Positions 10,107 to 19,827 of a DNA stretch of 64,000 bases are shown piece by piece; positions within the stretch are counted from its first letter, which is position 1; the number at the start of each line of letters is the position of its first letter. Position numbers and translations under genes: made by a program. A model generated the notes under the pieces. That model searched no databases, was not told the DNA's origin, and was given only the letters and a program-made list of their open reading frames with translations. The stretch is from Methanothrix sp. (GTDB lineage Archaea > Halobacteriota > Methanosarcinia > Methanotrichales > Methanotrichaceae): assembly GCA_037128175.1 (NCBI GenBank), contig JBAXWY010000005.1, positions 1 through 64,000 of the forward strand, in the 5' to 3' direction.

Positions 10107-11372
10107 CTACTCAGCTGTTCCCTTCATCACTCCATATTTCTCGCCCATGAGAATGTGAACATTAGGCGTCGCCGTCATTTCAAATCCTGCCTGTTTCTGG
10201 AAGAGCATAACGAAATCGGACCCTCCGAACAGGAAATTGCCGAGCATGTCGCCCTTCTCATGAGCGGATCCCACAACCACGCCCTTCTCGAAGTTGACGG
10301 AAGACACCTGGGCCATACCCATGGGAATAAGTGCCACCAGCCCATATTCTCCCGTATCCATTATTACGTAACCGCGAGTCTGGGAAAACTGCCAGCCAGT
10401 CGAGTCGATTGGGTCATACTTCTTTCCTGTGGAATTCCATGTAACCTCTAAAGCCACATTTTGCGTTATGGACCTATTGTCTACAATCTTTCCGCCCACG
10501 GCGAAATGATAGCGGTGGTAGTCGTTTACATTCAGGAAGGTGTGAGTGAGCACGCCATTGGCAAAGGCATCCTTGTACTCACTGTCATTGCCAAGCAGAT
10601 CCTCTATATTGTAATAGCGCACAAGCTTGATCTGCAATCCGCCATCCACCTGAATGGTTGAGTTGTTATCAATTGCCCACGTTCCCTCGGGGACGGAATC
10701 TGCAGGCGAAACAACGACACTCGTGTCGTTTGACGAATTGATGGGCCGCTGATCAGCCGATGCCAGATATCTGGAGAAGAACTGGTTAAAAGTGCTCCAA
10801 TTAGACGAAGACTCATACCACGGCCCCTGTAAACCATAGATTGGATCGTCATAAAATTGCTGATATGTTTCATTGTTCCATGACTCTTCAGTATCAAGGA
10901 ACATTCCCCAGGTATCTGCAAAACTGCATAGCCACATGGAGAAAGGTTCGTAGTACTGAATTGTATTGTCGAACAGACCCTTGTTTTCTAATTCCGGCAG
11001 GGGCTGGTCAACCAGATAATAGAAGTAGCAGATGCTTTGCAGTATTTGGTCGCGTGTCAGATTGGCCGGATCATCAAGTACATCTTGCGGGATAAGCTCA
11101 GATGCACTGTCTATGAAATCATAGTAATCAGATAAGTTCTGCACGGGATTTGTCTGACGATTGGGATTTATCTCTTTAGCTTTTGCAATAGATTCATCCA
11201 ACATCGTCCCGATTTCCGGATTTGTTTCTATTAATTTTATGAGATCTTTAGTTATCGCCTTATGACTATCCTCTCCCATAGCGGCTGTGCTTATGGCGAG
11301 GATCGATGCTGCTAATACCATTATTGTTAGGTAAAGCTTTGTCTGAGAAACAATTCTTTTCACTTGCCTCAT
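10107..11372 (-). CDS. Phosphatidylserine decarboxylase family protein with N-terminal signal/anchor
   Basis: Motifs FNQFFSR, VVSPADS, FLNVNDYHRYHF and the GNFLFGGSD self-cleavage (pyruvoyl) motif. Confidence 0.85.
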   Translation of the reverse strand: MRQVKRIVSQTKLYLTIMVLAASILAISTAAMGEDSHKAITKDLIKLIETNPEIGTMLDESIAKAKEINPNRQTNPVQNLSDYYDFIDSASELIPQDVLDDPANLTRDQILQSICYFYYLVDQPLPELENKGLFDNTIQYYEPFSMWLCSFADTWGMFLDTEESWNNETYQQFYDDPIYGLQGPWYESSSNWSTFNQFFSRYLASADQRPINSSNDTSVVVSPADSVPEGTWAIDNNSTIQVDGGLQIKLVRYYNIEDLLGNDSEYKDAFANGVLTHTFLNVNDYHRYHFAVGGKIVDNRSITQNVALEVTWNSTGKKYDPIDSTGWQFSQTRGYVIMDTGEYGLVALIPMGMAQVSSVNFEKGVVVGSAHEKGDMLGNFLFGGSDFVMLFQKQAGFEMTATPNVHILMGEKYGVMKGTAE

Positions 11373-11501
11373 CTCCTAAAATGCTGCCATCTCATCATCT
11401 GAGCGATGCGTTAAGTGCTGATTATATTTCTGACAGTTTTGTAGTTTCGCATTACAATCATATTTAGTTTACCCCCAGGTTGAAACGGTATTTGAGGTAA
11501 C

Positions 11502-14500
11502 ATGACATGTGCATATCTAAGGCGCTGGAAATATATCCCATCTGCAATTCACAGTAGATCAGTGATTGCTTTGCAAAGGTCCTTTTCCATCCCGTCCCTG
11601 GTGCGTTCTTCTGCTATGCTGGCCTGTATGCTGCTGCTATTCCTTCCCTATTCTGGGGCAGCTCAAGATAGTGCTGCCTACTGGTTGGAAAATGGCCAGG
11701 CTTCTCTCTTAAACGGCAGCTTTCCGCTAGCCATCGAAAGCTTTGACCGGGTCATAAAGATCGATCCGGAGAATGCATCTGCCTGGGGCGGCAAAGGCAC
11801 TGCCCTCTCCCGGCTGGGCCGTTACAAGATGGCCGAGCTGTGCTTCAATTATGCCCTGGGAAAAGATGACAAAAATGCCCAGCTCTGGCTGGAGGACGGC
11901 AGGGCCAAAGAGCTGGCCGGTGAGTGGGGCGAAGCCCGGCAGAGCTACGAGCGGGCCCTGGGCTTGCAGGCAAACCTGGCCGAGGCGTGGCTTGGCAAGG
12001 CCAATGCATCTCTTGCCCTGGAAAGCTATGATGAGGCACTGCAAAGCTTCAAGAACGCCTCCCTTTACGGCAGGACAGATGCCGGCAAGGCGGGCCAGGT
12101 TAGAGTGCTGCTGGCTCACAGTTCGGCTCTTTTGAAGGAAGGCAAATTTGAGGCGGCTTATAATAGTAGCAATGCGGCTCTTGCCATTGATCCTCAAAAT
12201 ATCCGGGCGCTGATGCTAAAGGGAGACGCTTTGAACAGGCTGGGCCGATTTGAGGCGGCTCTGGCCTGCTATGACGAGATCCTGGCCGGCAGTTCATCTG
12301 ATGAGATGGGCAAGGAGGAAAAGGTGGGCAAGGAGGGCAAGGCCCTGGCTCTGGCAGGCCTGGGCGAAAAAGCGCTGGCCGCTGGAAACGTCTCCCAGGC
12401 ACTTGAAAATTTCAGGGAAGCCTCCCGCTTTGCACCGCAAAACGATGTGGCAGTGTCCGGTTTGGTCAGGGCTCTGACTGTCAAAGGTGATCAGCTTTTG
12501 CGCGACGGTCTCTTCTCAGAGGCTCTCAAGAGTTACGAAACCGCCCTTGTCCTTTTACCTTTGGACCCGGGCGCACTGGCCGGAAAAGAGAAGGCATCAG
12601 CTGAACGTACCGTCAGTATGGAGAAGGTCGAATCGGGGAACGCTTCCCTGCAAAATGTTGGGCAGAACTCAGAATTCTCCCATTATTTTGAGCTGGCAAA
12701 AAACCAGAGCAGGAACGGCTCGTATTCTCTGGCTTTAGAGAGCCTCAACAAATCCCTTGAGCTTGATGCCAGCCGGTCAGAAGCCTGGCTGCTCAAAGGA
12801 GAGATGCTCGCCCGCCTGGGCAGGCAATCCGAGGCACTCGATTCACTGGATCGGGCAATAGAAATCAATCAGTCCAGCCTCCCTGCCCTGGCATTAAAAG
12901 GACAGATCCTGTCCATGACAGGGAAATATAGAATGGCCGGGCTATTTTTCGACTCTGCCCTGCGTCTGGACCCAAAGAACATCGCCCTGTGGAATGATAT
13001 GGCGCGGGTGCAAGAGAAGCTGCAAAACGATAAAGGCGCCCTGCAAAGCTACAACAAGGCATTAAAGCTGGATGATAATAATACAGAGACTCTGCTTGGC
13101 AAAGGCAGTCTCTTGTTGGAAAACGCAAAGTACCAAGAGGCAGTGCAATGTTTTTCCCTGGTATTCGAGAAGGAAAAAGGAAATGTAGCCGCCTTGCGGG
13201 GCATGGGCGATGCAAAGCTTGCTCTCCTTGAATACGGTACCGCGTTAGAGTACTACGAGGCAGCACTTGTGCAAAACTCCAGCGATCTGGCATCAATGCT
13301 TGGAAAGGCTGAGGCACTTTATGCCCGACAGGACTACAACTCCTCTCGGCTGTCATTTTCTCAGGCTCTGAAAATTGATCCCCATGATCTTCGGGCATTG
13401 CTGGGCAATGGATACAGCTTCCTTCTGCTGCATGATTATCCCTTTGCCCTGCAAAGCTTTACCAGTGCTCTGGCCCAGGATTCAAAAAGCGTCCCTGCCC
13501 TGCTGGGAAAAGGAGAGGCCCTCCATCAACTGGGTGAGAAAGTGCTGGCCCTGCAGTGCTATGATCAGGCTCTTTTCCTGGAGCCGGATAATACTGTAGC
13601 ATTGCTTGGTAAAGGAGATGTGCTCTTGGATCAAAACGATCTGACCGGCGCAATGCTGGCCTATGGCCGCGTCCTCGCTCTGGAGCCCGGCAACGTGCGG
13701 GCAATGCTGGGCAGGGGAGACGCTTTCCAGCAAAATGGCCTCCCTGATAAGGCATTGCCACTGTACGAAAAAGTTATTGAAATTGACCGGCAAAATATTC
13801 GGGCATTACTGGGAGAAGCCGGAATTCAATATTCAATGGCGGACTGCAAATCAGCTCTGCATTCGTATGACCAGATCCTCTCACTGGATGAAAATAACGC
13901 CGCCGCCTGGGCAGGGCGCGGCAATGCACAGCTCTGCGGCAAGGATGTTGATCTCGCCCGGCAAAGCTACCAGCGGGCTCTTGCCATCCAGCCGAAAAGC
14001 GTGGCTGCTCTCCTGGGCATGGGTGACGTGCTTTACGAAAGGGGCAACAACGATGATGCCCTTCACTATTACGAGCAGGCTACAGCATTTGATCCCAGCG
14101 CACGCGGCTACCGGGGGCAGGGCAATGTATTCGCAGCCAATGGTGAGTACAACAGATCTTTGCCTCTCTTTGATAGATCCCTGAGCCTGAACCCATCTGA
14201 TGTCGATGCATTGCTAGGCAAGGGCCTGGCGCTGGCAGCTCTGGGCAACAGCTCTCTTGCCATAAAATGTTTCCAAGAGATCGTATCCGTAAATCCGGGA
14301 GACTATGCTGCCTGGTCCAATCTGGGAAGCATGCAGGCCTCTATTGGCCGGTACGATGAGGCTGCCGAGAGCCTGAAAAAGGCATGCCGGGCAGATTCAT
14401 CTCATGAGGATGTCTGGTATAATCTGGGCCAGGTGTACTACTCTTTGGGTCGCTACAGCCAATCGGCAGATGCTTTCCGGAATGCGACCCGGTTAAACTC

Positions 14501-14783
14501 GTCAGATGCAGCCGCCTGGATGGAACTGGGCCTGGCGCAAAATCAGAGTGGAAAGCTTGATGAGGCTTTGCAGAGCTTTGAGAACGCTTCCTTGCTGCAG
14601 CCGCAAAATATTGGTGCCCAATACGACAAGGGCCTGACATTGGTGGCCCAAAACAGATACCAAGAAGCTCTTCGTGCCTTTGAAAGAGTTTTAGTGATGG
14701 ATGCAGAGAATTCAAACGCATTGTATGCCATCAATCTAACCGAGTCACGCCTCAGCGAAACCAGCCCAAATCGAGGTGCATAA
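11502..14783 (+). CDS. Large secreted tetratricopeptide-repeat protein
   Basis: More than 20 TPR repeats (AW..KG..L...G...EA...YD.AL..DP); signal peptide ending GAA-QD; the true start is probably downstream of 11502. Confidence 0.9.
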   Translation: MTCAYLRRWKYIPSAIHSRSVIALQRSFSIPSLVRSSAMLACMLLLFLPYSGAAQDSAAYWLENGQASLLNGSFPLAIESFDRVIKIDPENASAWGGKGTALSRLGRYKMAELCFNYALGKDDKNAQLWLEDGRAKELAGEWGEARQSYERALGLQANLAEAWLGKANASLALESYDEALQSFKNASLYGRTDAGKAGQVRVLLAHSSALLKEGKFEAAYNSSNAALAIDPQNIRALMLKGDALNRLGRFEAALACYDEILAGSSSDEMGKEEKVGKEGKALALAGLGEKALAAGNVSQALENFREASRFAPQNDVAVSGLVRALTVKGDQLLRDGLFSEALKSYETALVLLPLDPGALAGKEKASAERTVSMEKVESGNASLQNVGQNSEFSHYFELAKNQSRNGSYSLALESLNKSLELDASRSEAWLLKGEMLARLGRQSEALDSLDRAIEINQSSLPALALKGQILSMTGKYRMAGLFFDSALRLDPKNIALWNDMARVQEKLQNDKGALQSYNKALKLDDNNTETLLGKGSLLLENAKYQEAVQCFSLVFEKEKGNVAALRGMGDAKLALLEYGTALEYYEAALVQNSSDLASMLGKAEALYARQDYNSSRLSFSQALKIDPHDLRALLGNGYSFLLLHDYPFALQSFTSALAQDSKSVPALLGKGEALHQLGEKVLALQCYDQALFLEPDNTVALLGKGDVLLDQNDLTGAMLAYGRVLALEPGNVRAMLGRGDAFQQNGLPDKALPLYEKVIEIDRQNIRALLGEAGIQYSMADCKSALHSYDQILSLDENNAAAWAGRGNAQLCGKDVDLARQSYQRALAIQPKSVAALLGMGDVLYERGNNDDALHYYEQATAFDPSARGYRGQGNVFAANGEYNRSLPLFDRSLSLNPSDVDALLGKGLALAALGNSSLAIKCFQEIVSVNPGDYAAWSNLGSMQASIGRYDEAAESLKKACRADSSHEDVWYNLGQVYYSLGRYSQSADAFRNATRLNSSDAAAWMELGLAQNQSGKLDEALQSFENASLLQPQNIGAQYDKGLTLVAQNRYQEALRAFERVLVMDAENSNALYAINLTESRLSETSPNRGA

Positions 14784-14883
14784 AAAATCTAGAGCAGAGG
14801 AGCCGGACCGGAAATCTATGGCAAAGAATGTATAAATGGTGGTGGGAAAGATCCATTAGATATTTTCCGATCTGGCTATTTTT

Positions 14884-15342
14884 TCATCTGCTTTCTATTC
14901 TCTTTTTCTCATAGCTTTGATAATTATGCTGCGATATCGTTTCCTGCTCGATGATCTCCATCAATCTATACTGCCGGTTATTTCTATTCCCTCTCTTATC
15001 CAGCAGACCGTCGTGATTCATGCGGGATAGATAGGTTGAGACTGTGGAGAGCTTTATATCATCGGCTACGGTCTCATATCGCTCTCTTAATTCCTGGGTT
15101 GTGAACCAGGCATTGGTAAACTCATGTCGGATGAAGCTTTCCAGTCGGTCCATGAGCGTTCCGCTGCTATAATCACGAGCAGTTGTGGCTGATGCAATGC
15201 TCTCCCCTCTGCCCTCAAAGACACCGGAAGCTGACAGAAAGCCAATGATCCTGTCTCTTAAAGCCTCTCCATCCATGTTTTGCGACTCAAACTCATGGGA
15301 GGATTTAAGGCTCTTGTCTTCTATCTCTATCCGGATCCTCAT
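14884..15342 (-). CDS. Winged-helix DNA-binding protein, putative regulator
   Basis: WFTTQELRERYE...IKLSTVSTYLSRMNHDGLLDKRGNRNNRQYRL wHTH pattern; short beta-rich N-domain. Confidence 0.75.
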   Translation of the reverse strand: MRIRIEIEDKSLKSSHEFESQNMDGEALRDRIIGFLSASGVFEGRGESIASATTARDYSSGTLMDRLESFIRHEFTNAWFTTQELRERYETVADDIKLSTVSTYLSRMNHDGLLDKRGNRNNRQYRLMEIIEQETISQHNYQSYEKKRIESR

Positions 15343-16160
15343 TTTAAATCCCCTTCAATCATCTACAGGATATTATCTTTAAAGAAGGAAGGAATATGCG
15401 TTGCATAGAGGAAGCTGCATCCCGACAGGAGACAAAGCCGACATTTTCTGTCATTGCAGCATTTTTAGGCAGCCAGGACCTCTCCAGGTTCATCTGCAGC
15501 ATAAACAATTTGATGTGCCCTCTCATAATTTTCCCCTCTTCATAGCCAATAACTTTTATTCTCGTGCCATCCCCAATTTTCGACAGGACTGTGAAAGACA
15601 TTACTTCCACAGCCCTGTCGCCAACAATTCGTATCAGATCCCTTCTCAGCCGTCCCCTTTTGATCCTCATGGTCGTCCCTTTCCGACAACGAGGATTTCA
15701 CCGGCCAAGCAATTCATCGTCTGCATCAGGCCTGAGCTATTTTGTCGTCCCTTTCCGACAGTGAACAGTCTGTAGACAGATGCATTGCATCCAGATCCGA
15801 TACGATACTCCCTTTCGCTACCCCTTGTGCCATCTATGCAAGAAAGTGTATTGCTGTGAAGCATTTCGCTGGATACCGAAAATGCCATTTAAGGCTTCGA
15901 TTTCCCCCTTCATTGCTACCCCTCATGCCATCCCTTACAGTGACGTTATGCTTTCACAAAGGCGAACATTTTCCAGACGATACAACTCTTCCACAATTGT
16001 GTGGAATAAATAGAGCCGATACATCAGATTAATCCACCCGATACGCTCCCCTTACTGCACTGATATATTGCCAAGGTTCATCCATCCCCTCAGATGAATA
16101 AGCCCTCTTTAGCCATCCTATCTCGATGTATTCAGACAGGTTGTCTGGCCATTTTGGCAC
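15343..16160 (-). ncRNA. Candidate long structured leader/ncRNA with ~16 AGGG(G)A motifs
   Basis: Motifs are strand-specific; GTCG-GAAAGGGA-CGAC hairpin occurs twice; a 17-bp stem has G.U pairs on the minus strand; BRE/TATA upstream. Confidence 0.55.
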
Positions 16161-16180
16161 ACTATTAACCTGTGTTTTGA

Positions 16181-16197
16181 GATATATAAACCTTTCC
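16181..16197 (-). promoter_or_regulatory. Archaeal BRE + TATA promoter
   Basis: The minus strand reads GGAAAGG-TTTATATATC, giving a TSS expected near 16160. Confidence 0.65.
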
Positions 16198-16742
16198 AAT
16201 AGTTGGTAGTTGTGGTTAATAGCTTAAAACTCATATTTAAAGTTATTTTTTGAAATAAAGCCCTAATAGTATTCAGAATAGTATTTCACAAGGTATGCTT
16301 AAGACAGGGAAAATGCATTATAATGTGTTGTGAAAAGAATTTTCGGGCGAATACTATCATAATAATAGCTATCATTAGGCCCTATGTCTATGCGCGGAGG
16401 ACATAATACCCCTGTGAAACCATTTCACAACGACCAACCGATGCGGAAATTATGGGAAAATTGCCCGGAAATCCGCCCTATTCTCAAAAAACATTGTGAA
16501 TTAATGCGCGCGAAGTTGCCGCACAACATGCCCAGAAATTTAAATAAAGGAAAATCAAAATGATTTAAGACGCTTGACGAAGTTCGAAATATTCTTCTAC
16601 AAGCCAGTCGCCGACCTCCTTAAGATACCTGCGCTTGCGTTCATCTTCGGCAATTAATTGAAAAACCTCAGAAAGATCTTCATCCATTGGACACGTGTTA
16701 TCCACTTACGGCATTTAAACTTATCGAAAGGTCGTTAGAACC

Positions 16743-17528
16743 TCATTTTTGCGCGTTTCCTCTTGCCAGGATCATCGCCACGCAGTAAGGCTCTCTGGTT
16801 CTTTTTAGAGGCCCGGCGTGTATAGGGTGGTCTCCGCAGATGATGAATAATGTCTCGTCATTTGCCGTTCTTGTGATCTCACCTATGCCGCGATCAATAA
16901 GCAAAGCCGCCTCTCTTATACCTTCCAGACCCTGGCCCAGATGAATGCTCTTATCAATTCCTATGAAGTAGGAGACAAGAAGCCTGGGCCTCTCTAAAAG
17001 AGCCTGGCAGGTCATGCGGCAAGCCTCCCTGTCGAAGTCTCGCAAAGGGATGCTGTCCGGTATGCCGTGCACTATCTCAATCATCCCCTGGTAAACGTCG
17101 GCCCCATTTTGCTCCATTATCACCGCGCACTTTTGGCCTGACATGGCTGCTATCTCCGGCAAGCTCTTGATGCGGGACTCTTTAGCGCTGGCCTTATCGA
17201 AAATTCCGTGGTGCTCCGGCAACAGTCCGCATAGGATGCTGGCGATGGCCGGAGTGGTGTGGTTGGAGACGGCGGTTATGCAGAAGAGCTGCCCCGCAAT
17301 GCTCAAAGCTCTCATGTTCTCAAGAGTTGGCAAGAGCCACATCAATAAATCATAGCCCAGGCTGTCGATAATGATGAGCGCGACATTTTTGCAGCCCGAG
17401 GCTACTGCAAAATCAATGGGACGGCCGTCTTGTTTAGGAAGCTGCAGCCCCAGGATAAGAGCTGCCGTGGGCGCGATGTCGAGCTGGCTGATTGGCGGCA
17501 TGGTCTCTTGAGCTGTCATTATGATCAA
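16743..17528 (-). CDS. Alkaline phosphatase/phosphodiesterase superfamily protein
   Basis: Motifs IIIDSLG, TTPAIASILCG..PEHHG, ID..IH and ICGDH. Confidence 0.75.
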   Translation of the reverse strand: MIIMTAQETMPPISQLDIAPTAALILGLQLPKQDGRPIDFAVASGCKNVALIIIDSLGYDLLMWLLPTLENMRALSIAGQLFCITAVSNHTTPAIASILCGLLPEHHGIFDKASAKESRIKSLPEIAAMSGQKCAVIMEQNGADVYQGMIEIVHGIPDSIPLRDFDREACRMTCQALLERPRLLVSYFIGIDKSIHLGQGLEGIREAALLIDRGIGEITRTANDETLFIICGDHPIHAGPLKRTREPYCVAMILARGNAQK

Positions 17529-17644
17529 TGCAGTCTTTCTCAGCCATATAATAATGCCCTGCCCGAAGACGGCCCGATGACGGGTAGCAATATTCCGCAG
17601 GCTTAAATAAGGATTAAGATAAACGAGATCCAGGCAATGAAAAC

Positions 17645-18070
17645 ATGAAAAAAAGAGACTCTCTTCCGCTTCAGCTCAATTCCGCTCCGCTACCTCTAGC
17701 CTTACTGGTTTTGGCTATTACAATGGTGATGGCCGGGGCATATGCCGCCTCTACAAATATGGATATTGATTACAGCCATAACGTTGTAGGTACTGGGACG
17801 GTAATGACCGATTTTAAGATGGGTTCCGACGAGAGTACGCTGGCCACAGGAAGGGTGCGGGGAAGCGGCGAGGTTATGAACAAATATGTCTTTGTCAGCA
17901 ACAACTCCGAGAACGTCTCCATCCTAGACCAGTTCCTTTTTACAAAGGTACCGATCACCCACGATATTACTATTCGCGACTATCCTCAGATGACCAAAAT
18001 CCCAGGAAGCTTCCGTCTGCTGGGGACGACCTGGGCCGCAAAAATAAACCTCACCCCGAAGAATGATTAG
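17645..18070 (+). CDS. Secreted hypothetical protein
   Basis: Signal peptide followed by a beta-rich body. Confidence 0.65.
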   Translation: MKKRDSLPLQLNSAPLPLALLVLAITMVMAGAYAASTNMDIDYSHNVVGTGTVMTDFKMGSDESTLATGRVRGSGEVMNKYVFVSNNSENVSILDQFLFTKVPITHDITIRDYPQMTKIPGSFRLLGTTWAAKINLTPKND

Positions 18071-18124
18071 TTTCGCTGTGCACGCCAAAGACCTATCAGA
18101 CACTCCATCAAAGATACCATAGAT

Positions 18125-19552
18125 ATGCAAGACACCCAAGAGATCGCCGGGAAGTTTCGCGAGCTGTGCGAGTTATGCAAGAGCCCTGCTGATGTGATCA
18201 AGACGAAAAAGAATCTTCTCGTCGTCTCTCACGTGGATGCAGATGGGCTCACGGCAGCGGCAATTGTCTGCACCGCCCTGGAGAGGCGCGGCCTGGACTT
18301 CCAGCCCAAATTTTTCCGCCAGCTTGATGAGGCTGCTTTAGACGAGGTTGCAGATCATGGCGCCGATCTGGTCATTTTTACGGATCTTGGCAGCGCCATG
18401 ATTCAGCAGATATGCGACCATCGCCTTCTGGCCGTTGTTGCCGATCATCACAAGCCCGTTGCCTGTGAGGCCCGTCCCATAGCCCACATCAATCCCCATC
18501 TGGTAGGCGCTGATGGGGCAACACAGCTCTCCGGCAGCGGAACCGCTTTCCTATTGGCAAGGGCGTTGGCGTCCACTCCGGGCAGCAATGATGATCTGGC
18601 AGCAATAGCTGTGGTGGGGGCAGTGGGAGATTTGCAGGACATGGCACACGGCCAGATGGTAGGCATCAACCGTCACATCCTGGAGATCGGATCCAATGCA
18701 GGGGCCTTATCCTTCTCTCGCGACATCAAATTCTTTGGCAGACAGACCCGTCCCGTCTACAAGATGCTGGAGTACTCCCAGGACCCCTACCTGCCCGGCC
18801 TTTCTGGCAATGAGGACGCTTGCATCGCCTTTCTCAAAGAGATCGGCATACGCCTGAGCGGAGAGAAGTGGCGGCGCTGGATCGATTTATCTCAGGAGGA
18901 GAAGGCCGGCTTTGTCACCGCGGTTCTTAGGAAGGGTCTACGAAGCGGCATCTCCAATGTCAAGCTGGAGCGCTTGATCGGCGAGGTCTACATCCTTTTA
19001 GGCGAGCAGGAGGGCACGGAGCTTCGGGACGCCAGCGAGTATTCGACTCTTCTCAATGCTACCGCCCGTTACGGTCATGCCGGGGTGGGCCTCTCGGTCT
19101 GCATGGGCGACAGGGACAAAGCCTTTAGCGAGGCGCAGAGGTTGCTGGGCCAACACCGCCAGAACCTGGTAAACGGCCTGAAGCTGGTTCGCGTGAAAGG
19201 CATCACTACCCTGAAAAGCATCCAGTACTTTGATGCAGGAGATGCCATTTTGGACACCATCGTAGGCATCGTGGCCGGCATGAGCTTTCAGATGGGAGAT
19301 CGCTCCCGGCCCATCCTGGCCTTTGCCCTGACCGGGAAAGGGGAGCTAAAAGTCTCGGCGCGAGGCACACAGGACCTGGTCCGCTCAGGCCTTGATCTGG
19401 CCGATGCCCTGTCGCGCTGCGCCCATGCCGTTGGAGGCGTGGGCGGGGGGCACAACGTCGCTGCCGGAGCGACCATTCCGCCCCAGGCCAAAGAGGAATT
19501 TCTGACGCTCATGGATGCAACGGTAGGCCAGCAACTTATCAGAGAAAAATGA
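18125..19552 (+). CDS. recJ: DHH-family ssDNA exonuclease, archaeal RecJ/GAN-like
   Basis: Motifs SHVDADG, FTDLGS, ADHH, GAVGD and DHHA1 GGGHNVAAGA. Confidence 0.9.
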   Translation: MQDTQEIAGKFRELCELCKSPADVIKTKKNLLVVSHVDADGLTAAAIVCTALERRGLDFQPKFFRQLDEAALDEVADHGADLVIFTDLGSAMIQQICDHRLLAVVADHHKPVACEARPIAHINPHLVGADGATQLSGSGTAFLLARALASTPGSNDDLAAIAVVGAVGDLQDMAHGQMVGINRHILEIGSNAGALSFSRDIKFFGRQTRPVYKMLEYSQDPYLPGLSGNEDACIAFLKEIGIRLSGEKWRRWIDLSQEEKAGFVTAVLRKGLRSGISNVKLERLIGEVYILLGEQEGTELRDASEYSTLLNATARYGHAGVGLSVCMGDRDKAFSEAQRLLGQHRQNLVNGLKLVRVKGITTLKSIQYFDAGDAILDTIVGIVAGMSFQMGDRSRPILAFALTGKGELKVSARGTQDLVRSGLDLADALSRCAHAVGGVGGGHNVAAGATIPPQAKEEFLTLMDATVGQQLIREK

Positions 19553-19657
19553 CGAATGCCAGGAGCCCTTTTTTTCGGTTCCTCGCTGTTTCGCGTGGGT
19601 AATAGAATAATCGAGTCCTCTGTGAGTCCTCCCTCGCGCTCTGTGTCTGCGGTGGTT

Positions 19658-19827
19658 GTAGTACAGCGGGGCCGAAATAAACCAATGTTTTGACTTCGCG
19701 GCTTCGCGCCTTCGCGTGAAACCGGACCCTGTTCAATCCTACGTTAAGGCGCAAAGAACGATCAGCCGTTCACAAAGGCACGTTATCTTCTCACAATCAT
19801 GGCTTTAATTAGGCCCGGCTGTAATAG
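19658..19827. mobile_element. MITE (family A), copy 2, inverted
   Basis: TIRs TAGTACAGCGGGGCCGAAAT / AATTAGGCCCGGCTGTAATAG; interior homologous to 9761-9944. Confidence 0.85.

Noticed and set aside
9860-10150. ORFs 9860-10150(+) and 19539-19754(-) sharing RVRFHAKARSREVKTLVYFG
   Set aside because: The similarity comes from translating MITE-A DNA; these are not genes
15359-15888. Two minus-strand ORFs (103 aa and 73 aa) with ATGA overlap upstream of the wHTH gene
   Set aside because: They have no recognisable domains or protein-like composition. The hairpins, G.U-compatible stem and motif periodicity are better explained at RNA level. Not fully excluded
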